DNA from: Gammaproteobacteria bacterium
Lineage (GTDB): Bacteria > Pseudomonadota > Gammaproteobacteria > GCA-2400775
Length of the DNA: 64,000 nt
Direction: 5' to 3'
NCBI GenBank assembly: GCA_013151045.1
Contig: JAADIY010000038.1
Span: 311-64,310 of the forward strand
Shown here: positions 53,826-63,440 of the stretch, piece after piece
Position numbering within the stretch: the first letter of the stretch is position 1
How the letters are laid out: each line of letters opens with the position of its first letter
Made by a program: the position numbers and the translations under genes
Notes under the pieces: model-generated
What the model was told of the DNA's origin: nothing
Database searches by the model: none
Seen by the model: the letters and a program-made list of their open reading frames with translations, nothing else

Positions 53826-56130
53826 GTCTATTTATGAGGTGACAATGGAGGGTTTAAGTAATTCCACCACACTGCTGCTTGAAGAAATTCAGCAGTTACG
53901 TGCCGAGCTAAGCACTACCCAGCTAGAAGCACAAAAGCGCGCAACCGAACTTGATAAAAGCGAAGAACGCTTGTCTCTAGCCATGCGCTGGGCCAACGAT
54001 GGCTTATGGGATTGGAATATTGAAACTAACGAAGTCTATTACTCTCCTCGCTGGAAAAGCATGTTGGGCTATGAAGAGAATGAGCTTGATAACAATATCA
54101 ATACTTGGGAGAACCTAGTCCACCCTGACGATAAAAACATGGCAATACAAGCCGCTCAGGATTATCTAGCGGGTCGAGCAGACTCATTTGAAATTGAAAT
54201 ACGAATGTCACACAAAGATAATCGCGATATTTTTGTACTGTCCCAAGCATTCATAGTCGGTCGCGAGCCTGATAATAAGCCAGTTCGCCTCGTTGGCACT
54301 CATATCGATATCACTGAGCGCAAAAAAACAGCAGCGTTCAATAACAATAATGCCAAAATTCTAGAGATGATTGCCATAGGGAATCCCGCATCTGATATCT
54401 ATAATGCTATTGCCTTAATGTATGAAGACCGTCACCCAGGCTTACGATGCTCCATGCTCGAGCTGCATGGCAGCAAACTTATGCACGGGGGAGCGCCAAG
54501 CTTACCTAGCGAATATTGTAAAGCCTTGCACGGCCTAGAAAATGGCCCCAGTGTTGGCTCATGTGGAACATCGACTTTCAGCGGGAAACGTGTTCTTGTC
54601 GAAAATATTGAAACAGACCCTAAATGGGGAAACATTAAACACCTAGCATTGCCTCATGGTATGCGGTGTTGCTGGTCCGAGCCGATTAAAAGCTCTTCTG
54701 GAGACGTGCTAGGCGCGTTTGGTATGTACTATAACCACCCTGCGTTACCAAATGAAGACGAATTAAATGACCTTAGTTCTGCGGCACGACTAACAAGTAT
54801 TGTTATGGAGCGAGATCAAGCTCAAAAGCGTATAAGAGCATTAGCTTATAGCGATGAATTGACTAAACTTTCTAGTCGCGCCCACTTTTACCTGCACCTT
54901 GAAGCAGCCATCAAAACCTCTAGTCGATACAAACATCGTTTTGCCCTGCTATATATTGATTTAGATGGCTTCAAGGGTATTAATGATAGTCTTGGCCATG
55001 ATGCTGGTGACTTACTCCTGATAAATATTGCAAAACGTTTGCAAAGCACCTGTCGTGACATTGACTTTATTGCACGCCTCAGTGGCGACGAGTTTTGTAT
55101 CCTCATTAGCGAGCTAAGTGATAATTATACAGCTGCCAATGTGGCGCAACGGTGTCTTAATACTGTATCACAACCTGTCGAACTTTCTACGAGAAAGCAT
55201 ACACCAGCATGCAGTATTGGCATCGCGCACTACCCTGATGACGGCAACGACCTAGCAAGCTTAATCAAGGCAGCAGACACTGCTCTTTACGCAGCAAAAA
55301 AAAATGGCAAGAACCAATACGCTTTCTATAAACCAGAGCTCACCCGTCAAGCCGAACATCGTTTCCTAGTTGAACAATATCTACGAGAAGCAATTGAAAA
55401 TCAGCAACTTTCTCTCGTCTATCAACCACAAATCAATCTTAAAACCGGAAAAATTATCGGCGTCGAGGCATTATCACGCTGGGATCACCCGATATTAGGC
55501 GGAGTTCCACCGGTTGAATTTATTGCCACAGCTGAAAGAATCGGCATGATTAAACCGCTCACTGAATGGGTACTAAGCACCGCTTGCCAACAAGCCGTTG
55601 CCTGGAAAAAAGAAGGCTTTCCTGTACCGCGTATGGCAATCAATATTTCGTCAAGTCATTTTATCGATAAAGAAATTGTGCCACTAATCAAACGAATTAT
55701 TAATGAAACAGGAATAACCCCGACCGAATTAGAATTGGAAGTGACCGAAAGCGTTGTCCAAACTGACCCTAGAAACCTTTCCATTTTTCAAAACTTAAAA
55801 AGTCTTGGTATTCAACTAGCCATTGATGATTTCGGAACCGGCTATTCATCTTTTGCTTCTCTTAAACACCTTAAAGTTGATTGCCTAAAAATAGACAAAT
55901 ATTTTGTTGATGATATGCTTGACGATGAAAAAGCATTACTCCTTATTGGCTCAATGATAGAGATGGGCCATCAGTTGGGTTATAGCATTGTTGCCGAAGG
56001 GGTGGAAACGTCAGAACAGTTTTATACTTTAAAAAATCTAGGTTGCGATACTGCTCAGGGATATTTATTTAGTAAACCCGTCAAAGCTCAGGCTATTGCT
56101 AAATTAATAAAAAATGATTATAACATTTGA
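53818..56130 (+). CDS. PAS-GAF-GGDEF-EAL signalling protein
   Basis: ORF from TTG 53788; first ATG 53818 (MNESIYE). PAS (WDWNIETNEVYYSPRW), GAF-like region, GGDEF (RLSGDEF), EAL (EALSRW, DDFGTGYSS). Confidence 0.88.
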   Translation: MNESIYEVTMEGLSNSTTLLLEEIQQLRAELSTTQLEAQKRATELDKSEERLSLAMRWANDGLWDWNIETNEVYYSPRWKSMLGYEENELDNNINTWENLVHPDDKNMAIQAAQDYLAGRADSFEIEIRMSHKDNRDIFVLSQAFIVGREPDNKPVRLVGTHIDITERKKTAAFNNNNAKILEMIAIGNPASDIYNAIALMYEDRHPGLRCSMLELHGSKLMHGGAPSLPSEYCKALHGLENGPSVGSCGTSTFSGKRVLVENIETDPKWGNIKHLALPHGMRCCWSEPIKSSSGDVLGAFGMYYNHPALPNEDELNDLSSAARLTSIVMERDQAQKRIRALAYSDELTKLSSRAHFYLHLEAAIKTSSRYKHRFALLYIDLDGFKGINDSLGHDAGDLLLINIAKRLQSTCRDIDFIARLSGDEFCILISELSDNYTAANVAQRCLNTVSQPVELSTRKHTPACSIGIAHYPDDGNDLASLIKAADTALYAAKKNGKNQYAFYKPELTRQAEHRFLVEQYLREAIENQQLSLVYQPQINLKTGKIIGVEALSRWDHPILGGVPPVEFIATAERIGMIKPLTEWVLSTACQQAVAWKKEGFPVPRMAINISSSHFIDKEIVPLIKRIINETGITPTELELEVTESVVQTDPRNLSIFQNLKSLGIQLAIDDFGTGYSSFASLKHLKVDCLKIDKYFVDDMLDDEKALLLIGSMIEMGHQLGYSIVAEGVETSEQFYTLKNLGCDTAQGYLFSKPVKAQAIAKLIKNDYNI

Positions 56131-56244
56131 ACAATCTTCAGCCATTAGTCCCTCAGTCACATTGTGAAAAAATTTTTCAATTTCAAAAAATAGCTAACAT
56201 AGAATAATATTTGGCAATCCTCCTCGTTTAATATTATTGATGAT

Positions 56245-56603
56245 TTCAATCGAGGAGGTTTACGTAAGCAAACACAAAATGTACTAGAAAGCCTTACGCA
56301 TGCGCTTTGGTATCGACATGAACACCGACCACACGCCAGAAGAAGTAGGTAAATAATTTGATGTAACACGCGCACGTATACGTCAAACCGAAGTAAAAGC
56401 ACTACGTAACTACGCCATCCAACACGCTCAGAACATTTACGTAGCTTCCTCGACAGTGATGGCAACCCCACAGACAACGGACTTAAAGAGTCTTTGTCGC
56501 TATAACACTATAAGTCTCTCGGTTTCAGGCGTTAACTCAGTTGACTATAGCATCCAACTCATAACCGGAAGACTCCATGGTCAAGTCACGGAGGGCATAC
56601 CAA
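56245..56603 (+). pseudogene. degenerate duplicate of rpoD 3' end plus tRNA(CAT)
   Basis: Aligns to 50845-51212 at roughly 85-90% identity with a ~22-bp deletion and premature stop (taaataatttg vs caaacagtttg); tRNA-like part retains ctcataa anticodon loop but has disrupted stems. Confidence 0.75.
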
Positions 56604-56649
56604 ACTCATCAAATATTCTGGCCTTACTAATTTTTTTCTAGTCTAGAGC

Positions 56650-57297
56650 TTATTCGTTTGATGATGTGCTAAAGCTTATTTTCAATTCATTAATTCGACG
56701 TTTAATTCCCACCGCCAATGCTGAATTTGGATTCGCCGCCAACCATTGCTGCCAAGTCTTTACCGCCTGCGAGTGATTTTTAAGCTCAACATAAACGACA
56801 CCTAAATTAAATAAGGTAGCGCCATCATCAGGTGAAAGCTTAAGGTTTTCTTCTAGCAAGCGGCGAGCTTCATCAACATTGCCTTGTTCAAGCTTGATTG
56901 ATGCCAGATTAGAACGAGCATCGATGTGTTGCGGATTCAACTGCAAAAGACGTTCATAAAGTGGCGCCGCATCGTCGAACCTTCTAATCATCAAGCTTGC
57001 ATTAGCAAGCCCCATTAGCGCCATCTCATCATCTGGATTTTCATTTAAAAGCGTGCGTAAAAACTGGATTTGCTGCACTGGATTAGACGAACCTATATCC
57101 GGTGGATGGGTGGATGGTAACTCCTGCTTTGATCCGGCCGCATCAAGATCAGCCAGCGCTATAATCTTTGGCGCTAATGGTGTTGCAAGAGCCGCTTTAG
57201 AATCATTAGCGCCAAATTGATTGAGTGCAATGATGGTTGACCCTGCGACCAAAACCAGGGTTGGTACTACGAAGCGATAATCACGCAGTAATTTCAT
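56650..57297 (-). CDS. TPR-repeat protein with N-terminal membrane anchor
   Basis: ORF to 57315; GGGAGG SD favours ATG at 57297 (MKLLRDY…); TM segment then 3-4 TPR units; 26 nt after upstream gene. Confidence 0.7.
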   Translation of the reverse strand: MKLLRDYRFVVPTLVLVAGSTIIALNQFGANDSKAALATPLAPKIIALADLDAAGSKQELPSTHPPDIGSSNPVQQIQFLRTLLNENPDDEMALMGLANASLMIRRFDDAAPLYERLLQLNPQHIDARSNLASIKLEQGNVDEARRLLEENLKLSPDDGATLFNLGVVYVELKNHSQAVKTWQQWLAANPNSALAVGIKRRINELKISFSTSSNE

Positions 57298-57323
57298 TGT
57301 TAAACGACCTCCCATAGCAGCAA

Positions 57324-59735
57324 CTACTTTATATCACCTGAATCAGCATGATGAGCGATGCCTTTATTGGTCTCGATAAAGTTCACAATCGAGGCTTCAT
57401 CAAACTCATCAAATGTTTCAAGCTTGGCCCATGCAGTCACAGCAATTTTTGATTCCATTAGCGGATACGGCGCCAAAATTACATACTCAGGATAACGTTT
57501 TAAAATATCCTCAAGTTTGGCAACCGTATCAGGGCAGGCTTTACGACAATTATATTGAATCACCACCCCCCCAACCTTTAAGTTATAGACTTGCAATGCT
57601 AACGGCAACGGCACTTGATAAGCACCCCAATCGGCGATGAAGGGTAAATGTGCCCCTGAAGTTGGCGGGTTGCTACTATAAGGTTCATGCGTTTCAAGAG
57701 GATGGTAAATATACTCACCGCTTGCTTGTGATGCAGTCTTACCCTTCTCGGCACCGTCTTCTTTCTCAGATAATTTTGGTACACGCCGGGTATCCCCCAA
57801 CAAGGCCAAGTCAAATTTCTCGTCAGGAATACCGCTGTTTATCTTAACCTGATCGATCTTTACCTCTTCGGTCCTGCCATTATCGAGCACACGCTCTAAT
57901 CGACCAGGCATGGAATACATTTTGTCTATTTTTTTATAATCGTAAAATTTAGTTTCAATGATACCGCCAAACTGCTTGCTTTCTGTTTGGTGCCCTTCCG
58001 CTTTGTTTACCGGAAATTTTTCTATCAGGTTTGTCGGGTAAGCTGTATTTGCGTCCACCCAAAGTTGCGGCACGGCTTGCCCTGTTTCGTTGGCGCCAAT
58101 AACATAGTAGCGATGTGGTTCATGGCCTTCTGCATGCTGATGATCGTGATCTGTATGAGAGCCGTCTTTTTCTTCTTTTTCCTCAAATTCCATGACTACA
58201 TCCACTGCGATGCCACTTCGAAGATAAGAACTGCCGGGTACATCACCGGCCAAACGCTGTATTGCCTCATCAACCGATAGACTTGATAAGCCATAGAGCG
58301 AAGATAATAAATTTTGTCGCGGTGTCACCCAAAAACGACCGTCCTCAAGTATGGATACACTTGTCCCAGCTTGCGCCAGGCGCACTAGCCCACCTTCTGC
58401 TTCGGTTCTTAACCAGTTTGGAGCTTTGTAATATTGCATTCGCTGAGAAAGCGTCGAGGGATTTTTGGCTGGCTGTGTCTCCACATCCTTTTCTTCACCA
58501 TTCTCTTTTGCACTGACGCCAACTGAATCCACTTTCCAGGTTGCCGTTTCGCGCCATGAAAGGTCAGAATACGGTGCGCTCACACTTTGCATTTGCTTAA
58601 TAATCTTCTTCACTAGTTGCCGCGAACGTCCCTCGCTGTTTAGCAAGTCATCACGGACACTGAGCGGCACCTGTACTAACTCGACATCCATCGGCACATC
58701 ACCCGTCGAAAAGGATCGAAGAGTTTTCAGGGTCTTGCCATCTAATTCAATGAGTTCACGGTTGAGTTGATCCAACACATAAAGCTTATCGCCATCGAAG
58801 CTCCCCTCGACTAGACCACCATTGATCGTAGCAGCGTTAATTTCTGTAATAACCGGCCACGGGCGCACTGAGAAATCTGTCTCATAAAGTACAACATAAC
58901 TTTTTTTGATACCTAAGCCGCGCCAACATAAAACTGCCATTTTAGTCTCATCGGGAGACAGCAATATTGCCTGTGGTGCAGAACAAGTTGGAACTCCACG
59001 ACCATCACCATGCACATTAATCAGGCTAAGCCCGTTGGTCTCGCTATCGGCTGTCAACAAAAAAGGCTCTTTTGCCGACACAATAATACTGGTCGGGCCA
59101 AGCCCCGTACGTTGAGTGGCAGGACTAACTGGTGATGGCGTCGAATTTTTTAAATCATAGGGATAGTTAACAATGTAAGAATAGCGTTCACTTTCAACTT
59201 TAGATTGCGGATCAAAACGCGCCATATAAAACCCCGCGCTATCCTGCCGTTGAACCAGATCGTAGATCTTGTTTATTTCTGTGACCTTAACGCCGAGCCT
59301 ATCACCATTTTTAGGGTCAATTTTATAAAGCCCTGAACGCGGCCAACTAAACGTAACAAACTGCTCTCCATCATTGCTAAATATACCTGGCCCACGATAA
59401 GGAAGCACATGTTTAATTTCATGATCAGTTAGGTCAATTATCGCTGTTGACTCCGAGTACCAATGCTGAGCCAATAGTTGTTTACCATCCGGCGAGGAAA
59501 CCAAACGCCAAGGACCCGCACCCGCATAGATCTTGCGTAGCGTTTTTCCAGATGAAAGATCAACAACCTGAATGTTGTTATTCGCTGCATTAGCAATGTA
59601 AGCTAATGTAGTTTTCTCAATGGGGGAAGAGACAGAAGAATTCGTTACCTCAGCAGCGCTTGCTCCGATACCAACAAAAAGTGTCAACATTGTTAAAAAT
59701 GATATTAGAACTCGCATAAACTTCTTACACCTCAC
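57324..59735 (-). CDS. secreted multidomain protein: YVTN-type beta-propeller + LolA-like middle domain + His-rich linker + C-terminal DUF3105-like domain
   Basis: 803 aa; signal peptide (MRVLISFLTMLTLFVGIGASA); N-terminal repeats typical of YVTN beta-propellers; HTDHDHQHAEGHEPH linker; C-terminus (…SGAHLPF…VYNLKVGGVVIQY…YVILAPYP…IAVTAWAKLE…) matches DUF3105 shape with NLEHG-like motif altered. Confidence 0.75.
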   Translation of the reverse strand: MRCKKFMRVLISFLTMLTLFVGIGASAAEVTNSSVSSPIEKTTLAYIANAANNNIQVVDLSSGKTLRKIYAGAGPWRLVSSPDGKQLLAQHWYSESTAIIDLTDHEIKHVLPYRGPGIFSNDGEQFVTFSWPRSGLYKIDPKNGDRLGVKVTEINKIYDLVQRQDSAGFYMARFDPQSKVESERYSYIVNYPYDLKNSTPSPVSPATQRTGLGPTSIIVSAKEPFLLTADSETNGLSLINVHGDGRGVPTCSAPQAILLSPDETKMAVLCWRGLGIKKSYVVLYETDFSVRPWPVITEINAATINGGLVEGSFDGDKLYVLDQLNRELIELDGKTLKTLRSFSTGDVPMDVELVQVPLSVRDDLLNSEGRSRQLVKKIIKQMQSVSAPYSDLSWRETATWKVDSVGVSAKENGEEKDVETQPAKNPSTLSQRMQYYKAPNWLRTEAEGGLVRLAQAGTSVSILEDGRFWVTPRQNLLSSLYGLSSLSVDEAIQRLAGDVPGSSYLRSGIAVDVVMEFEEKEEKDGSHTDHDHQHAEGHEPHRYYVIGANETGQAVPQLWVDANTAYPTNLIEKFPVNKAEGHQTESKQFGGIIETKFYDYKKIDKMYSMPGRLERVLDNGRTEEVKIDQVKINSGIPDEKFDLALLGDTRRVPKLSEKEDGAEKGKTASQASGEYIYHPLETHEPYSSNPPTSGAHLPFIADWGAYQVPLPLALQVYNLKVGGVVIQYNCRKACPDTVAKLEDILKRYPEYVILAPYPLMESKIAVTAWAKLETFDEFDEASIVNFIETNKGIAHHADSGDIK

Positions 59736-59997
59736 TAAAAACTAATTTGAACTACTGATACTAAACATGAGCATATGACACATATAAATGTAATGTCATG
59801 TACTGAAGGTTTGCCCATGAATGAAATACGTAAAGAATCTTATTTCGCGCAGCTTAAGAAGTGGACAACTCAAGCACTAAGTGCTCTATTAGCTTGCTAC
59901 TTTGTAATAATCGATCATAGCAATGTGTCAGTATTTGGGCGGGCAACTGATAACAACTGCAGATGTACATTAACCTTTCAGTTAAAAATCTATGTCC

Positions 59998-60027
59998 TGA
60001 TCGGTTGCTAATATTAGCAACCGATCA
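59998..60027. repeat. perfect 30-bp palindrome (15-bp arms, no spacer) between cytochrome gene and beta-propeller gene
   Basis: tgatcggttgctaat|attagcaaccgatca; 44 nt downstream of cytochrome stop; possible terminator/attenuator or protein-binding site. Confidence 0.6.
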
Positions 60028-60070
60028 CCGCCCATCTCTTCATAAAACTGACACTGTCCACATACCGAGA

Positions 60071-63000
60071 CTAACGTCGCCGTCCGTGACGGCCACCACT
60101 TCTCGTTGTCGTTGTCGTCGCAACGGTAGTAGTAGCAGGAGCAGGAGCGCTTGTTGACGCAAGTGCAGCAGATTGCCCGGTAGCAAAACCAAGTGGCACT
60201 GAAGTATCACCTCTGCCATTAGTACGGCTAGTGGCAGTCTGGAAGCTCCAGCTAACTGCTGCATTACTACAGTTATTTGAAAAATCACAAATACCTGCCG
60301 CTAATCGTGCTGTATAAGTAGCCCCCGTGCGTAAGAAGATATCATGAGCAAACAAGGCCCATGTACCATCACCGATCTGATCAACAAATGCCGGTACTGG
60401 TAACCCACGCGAATCGACCAGGGTAAACGTTCTATTGTCTACTCCTGTCACTGGCTCGTTAAAAGTCACTTTAGCAACAAAGTTGCTGTAAACACTGCTT
60501 GCGCCATTTACCGGATAAGTTTCTGTAACACTCGGTGCTACATTATCCGCAGCCAAATTAATCACCCAGCTCTTCACCTCCATAGGTACAGGTGGCGCGC
60601 CTTCAACCACTGCAGGCTCAGTAGATGGCGTACGCCCACCATCACATAGTCCCTTCAGAACACAAGGTTCTAGCACTGGCAAAGGAGCGTTTGCCGGATC
60701 AGCGAGATACGCTGCTGACTCTTGGTCCAGGTCAGTGTTAGCCAAATTACCCAGGAACTCCTCAGCAATAATCGCCTCTAGAGACTGGTAATACATCGCC
60801 GCAGTAACAGCAATAGGGCCCACCGCATTAGCTGGAATGATGACCGAATAACGATCACTCAGATCTGCAACTGCGGCAGCCATAGGCAATGGGCTCAAAC
60901 GTGTGTCAATCAGAAACGAATCATCAAACAGATCGCCATCACCATCGACATCCATATACTGTGGAATACCGCGCGGGTTATTTCGATCAATCGCCACACC
61001 GCTAGCATCAATAGGCACGCCATCATCGTTAGTGACTATATTGACCGCCGTTGCATAAGCCAGCGCCAGAGTCGGGCAGCCATCACCCAGCGTAGCAACT
61101 GCTCTCATTATGCGAGCATAAGGATCTGGTGATCCAGCTCTCACACTCCAGTCACACCCTGGGAAGTTAGGGTCGACCATCTCTTCGGTGGTGAAGTAAC
61201 CGACACCGGTAGAAGTGCGATCCCACACTGAGTCGTGAATGTCTAACTCAGCACCTGTGGCCGTATCAAAAGCTCTCACTGCGACCCAGCTAATACGCCC
61301 TTCAGGAAAACCTGTGGGGAAATTATGACCGCTACCATCGTTAGTCACCGTCAATGTCGATATCCCTACAGTGTCACCAGCATTAGCGGTAACCGCTGCT
61401 GACAGATCCAATGACACGGCATTACGTAGACGATCCCAGGCCATCCGCGAATGATGCGTCGGTGTGCCTGTACCCGTCGAGTTGTAATAGGCCCAATGGA
61501 ATTTACTACCTGAGCTAGCAGACGTAAAGCTGGCACTCGATAGCACTGGATAGGGTTGCACCGCACCACTGCTGCCACCTCCGCCATGGCGACGACCACC
61601 ACCGCCAGTAGCAACCGTAGCACCGAGAAGGTTGGTTACATATGCATTGCCACCGACGAAATGATGGGTGTATAAAGCGTCACGCACAGGCCCACGAAAG
61701 CCAACCACCCCTCTAAGCGGTGCAATTGACCTGCCGTTGCTATACAAAGTCTGGGTCGTACCAGGCTGACCAAAATCCTGCTGCATATGACAGGTTTGAC
61801 AATCACGCTTAAAAGCGGGATCAAAGTTTGCCTGCGTTCTGCCAGTTACGGGATCAATACGGTCTGCATAACGACTATTTGACCACTCGCTATAGGTTCG
61901 CTCAATCGGAAAGCCACCTACCCATTGTTCTAATGGGTTAAGAACCGTGACTGGATTAGTCACATCATGACAAGCACCGCAAAACTCGGAGCGTTCAAAT
62001 TTGACATGATAGTAACCTTCATGCCCGCCATGACGACCTCCGCCTCCGCCGCCACGACGGCCACCACCGTGACCACCACCAGCAAAACGATCTTGGTTAG
62101 CTATCGTGGTATCAAAAACGTCGCTGATGTACGGATCAACACCGCCAACAGCGCCATTCCATATTGGTCCAAAACGCGCTGGTCGGTTAATAGCATTGGG
62201 CGACAAACGGAACGTACCACCACCAATACCGTAGCCTAAGTTAGGGCTGTTCGCATCCGGAATGTTACCTACGTTACCTGAATTACCCAAGATACTCGAA
62301 CGTGAACCACTACCCTGAGAAGGTATATATTCCACCCCTGATTGCACATAGGATGAATAAGGTGTGCGCTTGGATTCTGCATTGGTATGACAGACCGCGC
62401 AAAATATACCGCGCTTACCACTTGCAGTATTGCGATAAAGCGACTGCGCCGAGTCTATGACTGTAGCATAGGCTCTGTCAGTGCCATTTGATGAGGTGGG
62501 ATCATAGTTGGGGATGACCGCTGCGTGCTCAAAATTACTGCCATCACCCAGGTCATCTATATTGACGCCGGCAAGTGGCACCGCATCAATATAGTTAGAG
62601 GGCATATGACAACGCGAGCAAAAGTCATCAAAAAGCGAACCGGACCCTGTCGTAGTCGCCGTCGCACCACCTCCGAGATTAAATCTAGATGAAGTGCCGT
62701 CGATAGCAAACGGGTTGAGGTCATTGCAAGCATAGGCCTCGGTACCGTCTATCGCCCGGCCTTGCGCATTAAGGTTCTCAAGCACATCGCCGCAACCGTC
62801 GGTCGCTGTCGCGCGTGCCGTTAACAAAAATACGGCTTGCCAGGCTGGATCGCGCCAGGCATTGGCCTTCATAGAGCCATTCCATTCACTGAAAATACGA
62901 TCATGACAACCTGAGCACTGGCCAGGATTGTTAACATTATTCCAGTCGCTCTCAAAGGGCGGCGCATGGCCTGTGAAGCCACCAAAAAAACCCGCTTCTT

Positions 63001-63139
63001 GCAAATTATAAGGTGCCGGCTCGGCAATACGGTTTGGTAACTCGCCATGGCGAGCATGAGCCTGTGAAACAAAACCGATCAATCCAATTATCGCGCCCGA
63101 CACTGCAAGCGCACGTAGCCAATGTGCTTTAACATCCAT
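60071..63139 (-). CDS. secreted pentaheme c-type cytochrome with G/R/H-rich inserts and C-terminal Ig-like (SbsA/Big_5-type) domain
   Basis: ORF to 63307, but signal peptide and GGAGA SD support ATG 63139 (MDVKAHWLRALAVSGAIIGLIGFVSQAHA). Five CxxCH: CSGCH, CSRCH, CAVCH, CGACH, CQTCH; two CxxCH…SEW.(G/N)S units; GGGHGGGRRGGGGGGRHGGHEG and GGGGRRHGGGGSSG inserts; C-terminal Ig-like domain; poly-Thr + RSGGRHGRRR tail. Confidence 0.8.
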   Translation of the reverse strand: MDVKAHWLRALAVSGAIIGLIGFVSQAHARHGELPNRIAEPAPYNLQEAGFFGGFTGHAPPFESDWNNVNNPGQCSGCHDRIFSEWNGSMKANAWRDPAWQAVFLLTARATATDGCGDVLENLNAQGRAIDGTEAYACNDLNPFAIDGTSSRFNLGGGATATTTGSGSLFDDFCSRCHMPSNYIDAVPLAGVNIDDLGDGSNFEHAAVIPNYDPTSSNGTDRAYATVIDSAQSLYRNTASGKRGIFCAVCHTNAESKRTPYSSYVQSGVEYIPSQGSGSRSSILGNSGNVGNIPDANSPNLGYGIGGGTFRLSPNAINRPARFGPIWNGAVGGVDPYISDVFDTTIANQDRFAGGGHGGGRRGGGGGGRHGGHEGYYHVKFERSEFCGACHDVTNPVTVLNPLEQWVGGFPIERTYSEWSNSRYADRIDPVTGRTQANFDPAFKRDCQTCHMQQDFGQPGTTQTLYSNGRSIAPLRGVVGFRGPVRDALYTHHFVGGNAYVTNLLGATVATGGGGRRHGGGGSSGAVQPYPVLSSASFTSASSGSKFHWAYYNSTGTGTPTHHSRMAWDRLRNAVSLDLSAAVTANAGDTVGISTLTVTNDGSGHNFPTGFPEGRISWVAVRAFDTATGAELDIHDSVWDRTSTGVGYFTTEEMVDPNFPGCDWSVRAGSPDPYARIMRAVATLGDGCPTLALAYATAVNIVTNDDGVPIDASGVAIDRNNPRGIPQYMDVDGDGDLFDDSFLIDTRLSPLPMAAAVADLSDRYSVIIPANAVGPIAVTAAMYYQSLEAIIAEEFLGNLANTDLDQESAAYLADPANAPLPVLEPCVLKGLCDGGRTPSTEPAVVEGAPPVPMEVKSWVINLAADNVAPSVTETYPVNGASSVYSNFVAKVTFNEPVTGVDNRTFTLVDSRGLPVPAFVDQIGDGTWALFAHDIFLRTGATYTARLAAGICDFSNNCSNAAVSWSFQTATSRTNGRGDTSVPLGFATGQSAALASTSAPAPATTTVATTTTTRSGGRHGRRR

Positions 63140-63440
63140 ATTAATTCTCCATTTGGGTTTATTCCACTCAAACCCACTTAACTTTAATTCAGCCTCATTT
63201 CTTAGCCAAATTTTATTTCCGTTGATTAATGTATCAGCTTTCGTTACCAATAAGCAAATCAAGTTTGCAACAACCCTGTCCAAACTCGGGCATAGACCGC
63301 CAGCCAAAAATTACTAGGAGTGCACGACATGAATACATCAGCAACAATACGCCAACTGTTTCAGTTTATCCGAAGCCATTCTGAAAAATGGATTTTGCCA
63401 GCAATAATTCGTCGGCACTGCAACAGTGAATTTTTTCTAA

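Noticed and set aside
56157-56641. ORFs 56157-56477 (-) and 56456-56641 (+)
   Set aside because: They fall inside the degenerate rpoD-3'/tRNA duplicate and reflect its decayed reading frames, not genes.
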